Source: a virus
Length of the DNA stretch: 64,000 nucleotides
Virus record (IMG/VR): IMGVR_UViG_3300044800_000286
Reading direction: 5' to 3' (one strand)
Shown here: piece by piece, positions 28,104 through 33,914 of the stretch
How positions within the stretch are numbered: the first letter of the stretch is position 1
Layout of the letters: each line of letters opens with the position of its first letter
Program-made: the position numbers and the translations under genes
Notes under the pieces: model-generated
The model's database searches: none
What the model was told of the DNA's origin: nothing
What the model saw: the letters and a program-made list of their open reading frames with translations, nothing else

Positions 28104-28310
28104 CTACAATTCGTACTTCACGATCCGACCCTGGGTGCTCGGATCATCCTGGAACTCGATCCAGTGCGCGTAGCAGTAGTGCAGCAGCATCCGGCTTAGC
28201 TCCTCGCTCCTCAGCGGATACTGATAATAGACCATGACGGCGTGGCTCGCCGGAGCGTCGCATCCGTCCGTCTTAGGATCGAACCACTGGCATTTCATGC
28301 CCACCGCCAA
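28104..28310 (-). CDS. small Cys/His-containing hypothetical protein
   Basis: Fills the gap between RNA genes; C..C..H..C..H. Confidence 0.5.
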   Translation of the reverse strand: MAVGMKCQWFDPKTDGCDAPASHAVMVYYQYPLRSEELSRMLLHYCYAHWIEFQDDPSTQGRIVKYEL

Positions 28311-28316
28311 ACTAAT

Positions 28317-28381
28317 TGAGCGGACTCACCGTTTCCGGCTACGGTCCATGTTCTCTTTCAAGCCCAGTTCGCCTTCCGCTC
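28317..28381 (-). ncRNA. tRNA-like RNA with a 7-bp closing stem, no encoded CCA
   Basis: GAGCGGA/UCCGCUC-A directly after the tRNA-Val(CAC) spacer; internal ACCGU/ACGGU hairpin. Confidence 0.45.
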
Positions 28382-28386
28382 AAACT

Positions 28387-28462
28387 TGGTGCGCCCCGCT
28401 GGAATTGAACCAGCGGCCTCTCGCGTGTGAAGCGAGCGCTCTGACCGCTGAGCTAGGGGCGC
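28387..28462 (-). tRNA. tRNA-Val(CAC)
   Basis: CUCGC-UU CAC AC-GCGAG; CCA. Confidence 0.95.
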
Positions 28463-28647
28463 GAATTCAGCAGGCCGAAAAGCTGGTCGGTCGCCGTGTT
28501 CAGCAAAAACAGCGGGGGCGGCTTCAGCGGCTCCGCCCTGTGCCTCGCTTCAAGCTGCGCCTTGTACACGACGAGGTGCTTGTAAATCTCCCGGAGCTTG
28601 TGCTTCGGCACCGCCATCGTTGCCGTCTCTACCTTCGTCTTCTTCAT
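28453..28647 (-). CDS. small basic hypothetical protein (64 aa)
   Basis: GAGGAG RBS; stop lies inside the 5' end of tRNA-Val(CAC). Confidence 0.6.
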   Translation of the reverse strand: MKKTKVETATMAVPKHKLREIYKHLVVYKAQLEARHRAEPLKPPPLFLLNTATDQLFGLLNSRP

Positions 28648-28664
28648 CGTCTCCTCAAAACCCT

Positions 28665-28738
28665 TGGAGCGGGCGATGGGAATCGAACCCACGTCCGTAG
28701 CTTGGGAAGCTACTATACTGCCATTGTACGACGCCCGC
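28665..28738 (-). tRNA. tRNA-Gly(CCC)
   Basis: GUAGC-UU CCC AA-GCUAC; U73 CCA. Confidence 0.95.
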
Positions 28739-28746
28739 TCAAATCT

Positions 28747-28822
28747 TGGTGGACCTGATGGGATTCGAACCCACGACCTCCTCGATGCCATCGAGGCGCG
28801 CTCCCAACTGCGCCACAGGCCC
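28747..28822 (-). tRNA. tRNA-Ala(GGC)
   Basis: CCUCG-AU GGC AU-CGAGG; G3:U70; CCA. Confidence 0.95.
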
Positions 28823-28828
28823 AAAACT

Positions 28829-28905
28829 TGGTAGCCCGGACGGGGCTTGAACCCGTAATCTTCACCTTGAGAGGGTGACGAGTTAGCCAGTTACTCTACC
28901 GGGCC
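28829..28905 (-). tRNA. tRNA-Glu(CTC)
   Basis: UCACC-CU CUC AA-GGUGA; CCA. Confidence 0.93.
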
Positions 28906-28917
28906 GAACTCAAAAAC

Positions 28918-28991
28918 TGGAGCGGGGTACGGGACTCGAACCCGTTTCTCCACCTTGGAAGAGTGGTACACAACCCATATGCCAACCCCGC
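28918..28991 (-). tRNA. tRNA-Gly(TCC)
   Basis: CCACU-CU UCC AA-GGUGG; U73 CCA. Confidence 0.92.
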
Positions 28992-29000
28992 GCAAAACTT

Positions 29001-29323
29001 TGTGTCAGACCGATAAGCCGGGTTCTGTCTGGGACAATCATTCATCTATGACGTACATCGCTGCACGCCTCAAGCTCCCAACCCGCCGCTTGGTAACGCC
29101 CCGAGCAGGGGCTCACGGCCTATTTGGGATTGCTCCGCATGGAGGTTGCCCGTTTCACCCGCACGGTTTCTGCTTGGCAAGCATAATACCGTGCGACTCG
29201 TCTCTGTTGCCCTATTCGTCATCCGGCCTTTCAACCAAACGCCCAGCCGTTAGCTGGCATGCTGCTCTGTGGAGCCCGGACTTTCCTCCCCCATTGCTGG
29301 CGGCGATTGTCTAGCCTGACACA
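29001..29323 (-). ncRNA. rnpB: RNase P RNA (compact bacterial type)
   Basis: P1 UGUGUCAGGC/GUCUGACACA; CR-I GAGGAAAGUCCGGGCUC; CAACAGAGAC; GGUGAAACG; GGAGCAA; UAGAUGAAUGAUUGUC; CR-V ACAGAACCCGGCUUA. Confidence 0.95.
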
Positions 29324-29328
29324 AACTC

Positions 29329-29403
29329 TGGAGCACCCGGTCGGTGTCGAGCCGACTCGTAACAGTTTTGCAGACTGCCGCGTTCCCGTTTCGCCACGGA
29401 TGC
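29329..29403 (-). tRNA. tRNA-Cys(GCA)
   Basis: GCAGU-CU GCA AA-ACUGU; U73 CCA. Confidence 0.92.
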
Positions 29404-29409
29404 AAATTT

Positions 29410-29484
29410 TGGCGGTGCCAGCGGGAGTCGAACCCGCGCTTCTACCGTGACAGGGTAGTGTCAGTACCGCTTGACCATGGCACC
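29410..29484 (-). tRNA. tRNA-Asp(GTC)
   Basis: CUACC-CU GUC AC-GGUAG; G73 CCA. Confidence 0.93.
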
Positions 29485-29523
29485 GCATTGTCCGAAGCGC
29501 ACATCGTTCTTCAGACACAAACT

Positions 29524-29597
29524 TGGTGGACCTGAGGAGAATCGAACTCCCAATTCAGCCTTGCAAAGGCCGCAGTTTCCCGTTAGCATACAGGCCC
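29524..29597 (-). tRNA. tRNA-Ala(TGC)
   Basis: CGGCC-UU UGC AA-GGCUG; G3:U70; weak D-stem. Confidence 0.88.
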
Positions 29598-29869
29598 ACA
29601 ATCTGTTCCCACGACAAACCCAAATACTTCATGCACCAATGGACTGCTTTGTGGCAACGAAAACACAATCTCACAAACTCCCCACTTTTCATCTCAATCT
29701 GGTGTTCTTTCTCTCCCATTGATTCAAATCTCTTGTGTTCTTTACCATCTTTTCGATGCGCAACTGATCTCTTTGAATAACTACAAAAGAAACACTCTTT
29801 TCCAAGATTTGTATCAACTATCGCTCGCTTTCGGTCCCTTCGCTTCTTATTCCACTTAGCAGTCGCCAC
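29555..29869 (-). CDS. small HNH-like zinc-binding protein overlapping tRNA-Ala(TGC)
   Basis: CFFC...AH...LCFRCHKAVH; AGGUGG RBS. Confidence 0.65.
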   Translation of the reverse strand: MATAKWNKKRRDRKRAIVDTNLGKECFFCSYSKRSVAHRKDGKEHKRFESMGEKEHQIEMKSGEFVRLCFRCHKAVHWCMKYLGLSWEQIVGLYANGKLRPLQG

Positions 29870-29895
29870 AAACCCACCTTGGATCGCCTAAACTT

Positions 29896-29969
29896 TGGAG
29901 CGGACGATGAGAATTGAACTCACGCCTGAACGTTGGCAACGTTCCGTACTACCACTATACTACGCCCGC
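29896..29969 (-). tRNA. tRNA-Gly(GCC)
   Basis: GAACG-UU GCC AA-CGUUC; U73 CCA. Confidence 0.95.
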
Positions 29970-29970
29970 T

Positions 29971-30046
29971 TGGTAGCCCCTGTCGGAATCGAACCGACGG
30001 CCCTTCGGGTGTAGACCGAATGCTCTGACCGCTGAGCTAAGAGGCT
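29971..30046 (-). tRNA. tRNA-Val(TAC) with atypical C33
   Basis: UUCGG-UC UAC AC-CCGAA; A73 CCA. Confidence 0.88.
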
Positions 30047-30061
30047 GCACAAAATATCGAT

Positions 30062-30147
30062 CCCGTCTGCACAGGGTTCCGAATCGAACGGGGAGGGAAT
30101 GACCCCCTTTGCTGGTCGCCTATGCCAGCCTGCCCTGTGCAGACAAG
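30062..30147 (-). ncRNA. tRNA-like RNA with a 12-15 bp closing stem, D-like arm and T-loop
   Basis: GUCUGCACAGGG/CCCUGUGCAGAC; GCUGG-CAUAGGCGA-CCAGC; CCG-UUCGAUU-CGG. Confidence 0.65.
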
Positions 30148-30150
30148 AGA

Positions 30151-30185
30151 ACAAAAACAAAAAGGACGACCTTTTCAGATCGTCC
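30151..30185 (-). terminator. attenuator terminator in front of the tRNA/rnpB array
   Basis: GGACGAUC-UGAAAA-GGUCGUCC followed by UUUUUGUUUUUGU. Confidence 0.85.
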
Positions 30186-30239
30186 TCGGAATCTCTTGGT
30201 TGGTTTCTGCTTATCCTTCCCAACCATCCTCCGAGGACA
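30181..30239 (-). promoter_or_regulatory. antiterminator hairpin, mutually exclusive with the terminator
   Basis: UGUCCUCGGA/UCCGAGGACG plus UGGUUGG/CCAACCA; uses 5 nt of the terminator 5' arm; its 5' strand is leader codons 33-39. Confidence 0.75.
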
Positions 30240-30336
30240 CGGTATCGGCCCCTGCCGCGAAGCCTTCAAAGGCTCCGACCGCGCATACGCCGCCCAAGGT
30301 GTCTGCGGCGGCGACGAATTGGAGACTGCGGTTCAT
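30211..30336 (-). CDS. 41-aa attenuator leader peptide MNRSLQFVAAADTLGGVCAVGAFEGFAAGADTVSSEDGWEG
   Basis: Below the ORF-track cutoff; contains a cognate codon for all 14 downstream anticodons; stop codon lies in the antiterminator loop. Confidence 0.8.
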   Translation of the reverse strand: MNRSLQFVAAADTLGGVCAVGAFEGFAAGADTVSSEDGWEG

Positions 30337-30356
30337 GTCTTCGGTACTCTCTATCT

Positions 30357-30364
30357 TGATACTG
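30357..30364 (-). promoter_or_regulatory. CAGTATCA promoter-like motif for the leader/tRNA operon
   Basis: Same motif precedes many minus-strand genes. Confidence 0.55.
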
Positions 30365-30392
30365 CGTATTCGGAAAACTCCCGGTTATTAAC

Positions 30393-30538
30393 GGAAGCTG
30401 CCCGGTAGGGAGTCAAAACCCTATCCGTGCCCGGATCGCAGCTTGCGCTGCGGCATCGCCCCGAACTATGCGGGGGCATTCTGCCGTATGATCCACTCCT
30501 GCGCAGGGGCGAACCACGTTAAACTACGGGCAGCTTCC
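30393..30538 (-). ncRNA. 146-nt expanded tRNA-like RNA
   Basis: 12-bp closing stem GGAAGCUGCCCG/CGGGCAGCUUCC, UAGUUUAA junction, CCCCG-CAUAGUU-CGGGG arm, two GNRA hairpins, T-like arm UAGGG-UUUUGACU-CCCUA; TTGACA promoter upstream. Confidence 0.65.
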
Positions 30539-30574
30539 CGTACTCCCTATCAATACCGCGAAAGCGGGAATCTT

Positions 30575-30614
30575 GTCAAGAACTATTTTTGGGAATTATC
30601 CCTTTAACTCCACA
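30575..30614. repeat. 40-bp dispersed repeat, copy 1 (includes the -35 TTGAC on the minus strand)
   Basis: 36/40 identical to 31385-31424. Confidence 0.85.
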
Positions 30615-30920
30615 AACTTCTAGCGTGGGATTTGGGTTACGTCGCAATTTCACTAAAGTGACGCCCTTGTCAGAACAATTTAACGTCGTGTACTTGATCC
30701 ACGAACGCAGGGACTTGTTGTGACGCAAAACTCGACGGATGCAAACGCCAAGGTAGCCTGTGTTCGTATTTATGAATCCGGGGATTATTCCTCGATTACG
30801 ACCGTGGCCGTGAATCAGCGTCAAACGGTCCTTGCCCGTCTCCCATGCCTGCTGCACAATCTTGTTGAGAATTCCATCGGTGATATCTGCCGGGAAGTAT
30901 CCGTGAAGGTCAATTTCCAC
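30576..30920 (-). CDS. Smr-domain protein
   Basis: EIDLHG and TLIHGHG Smr motifs; GGAGG RBS. Confidence 0.75.
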   Translation of the reverse strand: MEIDLHGYFPADITDGILNKIVQQAWETGKDRLTLIHGHGRNRGIIPGFINTNTGYLGVCIRRVLRHNKSLRSWIKYTTLNCSDKGVTLVKLRRNPNPTLEVCGVKGIIPKNSS

Positions 30921-30937
30921 TGTTTCCTCCTACTCCT

Positions 30938-30973
30938 AAAAAACTGCGGGGGGGACCGGAACTCAGTCCCCCG
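30938..30973 (-). terminator. intrinsic terminator
   Basis: GGGGGACUG-loop-CGGUCCCCC followed by CCGCAGUUUUUU. Confidence 0.55.
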
Positions 30974-31003
30974 TTCGTGTTACTCGCCTACCGCAAACAG
31001 AGC

Positions 31004-31249
31004 TTAGCAGACTAGTTTTTCTATTTCCGTTTTCACGCGGTAAAATGTGGCTAGGACTTGTTTCGATGTCATTCCCATTGCGCGCAAGCGGTGAAGTTGC
31101 GCCTTGGAATCGTTGACAAATTTGTCTCCCCACTCGCGCCCAAGTGGCACACCTGACGCTAGGGCGAGTTTAACGTGCGCCACGGAATCGTCAACAAATT
31201 TGTCTCCCGCGGCGTCTAATTGTTTTGCAGCGATTTTTGATTTGTTCAT
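31004..31249 (-). CDS. small hypothetical protein with an internal duplication (GDKFVDDS/GDKFVNDS)
   Basis: AGGA RBS; duplicated ~23-nt segment. Confidence 0.6.
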   Translation of the reverse strand: MNKSKIAAKQLDAAGDKFVDDSVAHVKLALASGVPLGREWGDKFVNDSKAQLHRLRAMGMTSKQVLATFYRVKTEIEKLVC

Positions 31250-31384
31250 GTTTTCCTGTTCTCCGGCGATTATCGCCTTTACCAAAACCCCAACTTTGTT
31301 GGGGCTTTTTACGATGGCGCAGAGCAGGATAAAAATTTTTGGTGATGCACCACCGACACAATAATGCTACAAACCACGAACCTC

Positions 31385-31424
31385 GTCAAGAACTATTTTG
31401 GGGAATTACCCCTTTGACTCCGCA
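31385..31424. repeat. 40-bp dispersed repeat, copy 2
   Basis: 36/40 identical to 30575-30614; partial copies at 31988-32012 (inverted), 32776-32803 and 36734-36754 (inverted). Confidence 0.85.
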
Positions 31425-31914
31425 GCTTCTGTTGATAAATGAGGACGGCTTCAAGATTACTAGCTATCGCACGGGCAGCGCCACCCCAGATGAGTCCGAC
31501 AGTGAAATTCGATGTGGGCGCATATGCATCCTGTTTCCCGTCCGCGTTGTGCCTCACGCAGTTCTTCCCTCCCTTGCATTCGACTTCGAGACTTGCGATG
31601 CTGAGTTCTGCAAACTCGATGGACCGCGCCGTGTCGAAATCCAAATCGGCAAGATAGGCGACTGTTTCGTTGTGCACGCCGCGTTTTCCCTGCGGGGCGT
31701 CATAGGTGAGGACCAGCTTGTCACCGACCACGGCAAGCCGATTGTTAATAACTCTGTTCGGGGTGTCAATAAGGTTGGAGTTGATCCTTGCCAACTCCTC
31801 GGTTTGCATCTGGAGATCGAGAGCCGGGAAAGATTGATCGGCTTGTTTCGAGCATCCGCCGACTGCGGTCACAATCGCCGTAAAGACTAAAGCTGCGTAT
31901 AAGTTGGTCTTCAT
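31393..31914 (-). CDS. predicted lipoprotein
   Basis: MKTNLYAALVFTAIVTAVGG|C lipobox; leaderless after TATACT-N6. Confidence 0.7.
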   Translation of the reverse strand: MKTNLYAALVFTAIVTAVGGCSKQADQSFPALDLQMQTEELARINSNLIDTPNRVINNRLAVVGDKLVLTYDAPQGKRGVHNETVAYLADLDFDTARSIEFAELSIASLEVECKGGKNCVRHNADGKQDAYAPTSNFTVGLIWGGAARAIASNLEAVLIYQQKLRSQRGNSPK

Positions 31915-32018
31915 GCCCACAGTATACAGCCGAGGAGGGATTTTAGCTAGCTGTATTGTGTTGAAAACAAGCTAGTTACAAGATACTTGTGGAGTTAAAA
32001 GGATAGTTTCTCTATTTG

Positions 32019-32188
32019 GGGGATTATATGCTTGACTCCCTTTCGCGCGGGCCGGGGTGGACTAGGCTTCGTCATCCCTTCGGGAAGCAAATCGTCACGA
32101 TTATTAATCGCGCATGCGACTTCTAGCTTCAGCGCCCCTGCCCTGTTTGCTCATCGCCCGTGCTGGGGGAGTCGAGCGTATAATCCCC
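32019..32188 (+). ncRNA. putative ~170-nt structured RNA
   Basis: 23-bp closing stem whose mismatches are all G:U on the plus strand, then GCGCGGGC/GCCCGUGC and inner hairpins. Confidence 0.5.
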
Positions 32189-32216
32189 TGTCTCGGGGGC
32201 GGCTTCGCTTCGCGCC

Positions 32217-32420
32217 TTAGACCGGGACCACGTTGGCCGCTTGCAGGCCCTTGGGTCCGGTCACGACCTCGAACTCGACGGCCTGTCCCTCGTTCAGGGA
32301 CTTGTAGCCGTCCGCCTGGATCGCGGAGAAATGGACGAAAACGTCCTCGCCGCTCTGGCGCTGGATGAATCCGTAGCCCTTGCTGGCGTTAAACCACTTC
32401 ACTGTTCCTTGTTCTTTCAC
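32217..32420 (-). CDS. cspA: cold-shock protein (CspA family)
   Basis: GTVKWFN, KGYGFI (RNP1), VFVHF (RNP2), GPKG.QAANV. Confidence 0.97.
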   Translation of the reverse strand: MKEQGTVKWFNASKGYGFIQRQSGEDVFVHFSAIQADGYKSLNEGQAVEFEVVTGPKGLQAANVVPV

Positions 32421-32591
32421 TGCTTTACCTCTGCTGCTTTCTGTTTAAATTTCGCTACTTCTATGCGAAGAGCGAGTACCAAACTCGAATTGGACCGTGC
32501 CGCACTTCACCGGTACAGTCAATACCCTAATGAGATCAAAAGTCCGACATTCCCTGTCAGATCGTCCGCGTCGCCCTCCCAAGGCTCCGCG

Positions 32592-32705
32592 TCATTTCGC
32601 GGATTTCCGAACGGTTTTCCTTGCGGCTTGCCGCACGGCCTTGTGGCACGCACGCCGAGCCCGGCGCTTCCCGCCATCGGTCTTGTTGACGCCCTTGTGC
32701 CACAT
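32592..32705 (-). CDS. small basic peptide (37 aa)
   Basis: TGTATGAT-N6-ATG leaderless arrangement; K/R-rich. Confidence 0.45.
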   Translation of the reverse strand: MWHKGVNKTDGGKRRARRACHKAVRQAARKTVRKSAK

Positions 32706-32826
32706 ATCCCGATCATACAAGCAATTCCCCAACAAAGCAAGTCTACAAGTCGGAGGCGGTTTTGTCCAGCAGGACTTTGGGGAATTATTCATTTAACTCC
32801 ACACCCAAAGTGTCCCCCAATCAAAG

Positions 32827-33210
32827 TCAATGGGCAATCATCCGGACTACGCGGGCTAAACAGGCCAAGCCGCCGATGTAAATAGCGAAATCACCCACGC
32901 TGAAGATGCTATGCAGCATGTGGATGCGGTCGCACAGCAGCGGGGCGTGAGTTGACCCCGTAGCTGGTTGATAATTTTTGGTCCAGTCGGCCGCATAACC
33001 CTCTCGCTCGAAAACCGGCATACGACCTCCGTTGGCTTCTACGGCGACGAGATTGAGGAGGCATCCTATTACCGCTAGGGTCCAGCAAGCGGCAGCCGAG
33101 CCGCCCACGCCTTTCCATACGGGAACGCAGAAGAGGGCGCATCCCACCGCCAAGGCGATATAACTGATACGGCTGACCGGCTGGAAGGCGCTTGTCGTGT
33201 TCTTGCTCAT
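32827..33210 (-). CDS. DUF5317-like membrane protein
   Basis: LN..AV.ANGGRMPV, LLCDRI, IFSVGD motifs; TM segments. Confidence 0.7.
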   Translation of the reverse strand: MSKNTTSAFQPVSRISYIALAVGCALFCVPVWKGVGGSAAACWTLAVIGCLLNLVAVEANGGRMPVFEREGYAADWTKNYQPATGSTHAPLLCDRIHMLHSIFSVGDFAIYIGGLACLARVVRMIAH

Positions 33211-33216
33211 GCCCAT

Positions 33217-33311
33217 AGTATACAACGGGCCGGGGGAATTTTGGCTATTTTCATGCCCCGTGCAATCAACAACTTAGAACCTAGCTAAAACCCCTCCCGC
33301 CTCTGTATACT
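33217..33311. promoter_or_regulatory. back-to-back TAGCNA..TATACT promoters, both leaderless
   Basis: TATACT-N6-ATG on both strands, flanking a CAATCAACAACTTAG motif. Confidence 0.7.
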
Positions 33312-33317
33312 TTGGGT

Positions 33318-33743
33318 ATGGGTAACCCGTTCGCCATAGATCGAACTTTCGTAGTCAGCGTCAAAGCCCTGCGCGGAATCCTGAAGGAGATTTCCGCCGG
33401 GAAGGAACGCTGGTGGATCGAGGAAAACAGGCCCCGCGGCGTCGTGATCGGCTACAACGCGGGAACGGAAGAACTCAACAGCATCCAATTCGAGTTCCTG
33501 AAGATCGTCGACGTGCCGTTGTTCCCGGACGGCGACGGCCAGATAGTCTGCCTCTATCCGGCGAGCCGGGGATCGATCCAGCGCGGCCTGTACTGGCAGG
33601 CGAACAGGCTGGTGTTCGACGAAGTGAAGGACTGGGGGGCTTTTTGGCCGCCGATTCGGGAAGCGTTGGCGAGACGCTATTCGGAGGGTTCGTCTTCCTC
33701 GGCAACGGCAGCCATGTCCCCGCCGAGCCTCAGCAGCATGTGA
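33318..33743 (+). CDS. hypothetical protein
   Basis: Preceded by a family promoter; plausible composition. Confidence 0.65.
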   Translation: MGNPFAIDRTFVVSVKALRGILKEISAGKERWWIEENRPRGVVIGYNAGTEELNSIQFEFLKIVDVPLFPDGDGQIVCLYPASRGSIQRGLYWQANRLVFDEVKDWGAFWPPIREALARRYSEGSSSSATAAMSPPSLSSM

Positions 33744-33883
33744 TCGGATGACAGGTTGCGCCCCAGCACGGAGACGCCTCCGTACATGTCGAATTCCCTT
33801 CGACTGACAACCACTTCGCCGCCCAAACGGTCGATCAACACAGCGAGAATCTGGACCAGCGTGTCAATTTCGGACTGTGCCAT
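33677..33883 (-). CDS. small hypothetical protein
   Basis: GGAGG upstream; acidic tail. Confidence 0.55.
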   Translation of the reverse strand: MAQSEIDTLVQILAVLIDRLGGEVVVSRREFDMYGGVSVLGRNLSSDHMLLRLGGDMAAVAEEDEPSE

Positions 33884-33914
33884 TGGAGGAGGCCTCCGTC
33901 TACTAAGGAAGGCT

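Noticed and set aside
29971-30046. Reading the loop UCUACAC as an amber suppressor (CUA), implying stop-codon recoding
   Set aside because: The 5-bp stem centres UAC; A73 fits Val and completes the Val set; genes in the window end normally at TAG, TGA and TAA.
30062-30147. tRNA-Sec, because UCA occurs in the middle hairpin
   Set aside because: The loop is 5 nt, and there is no long variable arm and no GCCA end.
30150-30340. T-box riboswitch or SRP RNA as the explanation of the leader
   Set aside because: No GGUGGNACC T-box bulge or stem I motifs; GGAAGGAUAAGCAG only loosely resembles SRP helix 8; the leader ORF explains the structure better.
27732-30408. ORF-track proteins overlapping the tRNA/rnpB genes (e.g. 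28234-28758, 28955-29314, 30099-30408)
   Set aside because: Translations of structural RNA genes or of the leader's antisense strand.
30393-30538. tmRNA
   Set aside because: Too short, with no GGGG 5' end, G3:U70 acceptor, CCA or tag-peptide frame.
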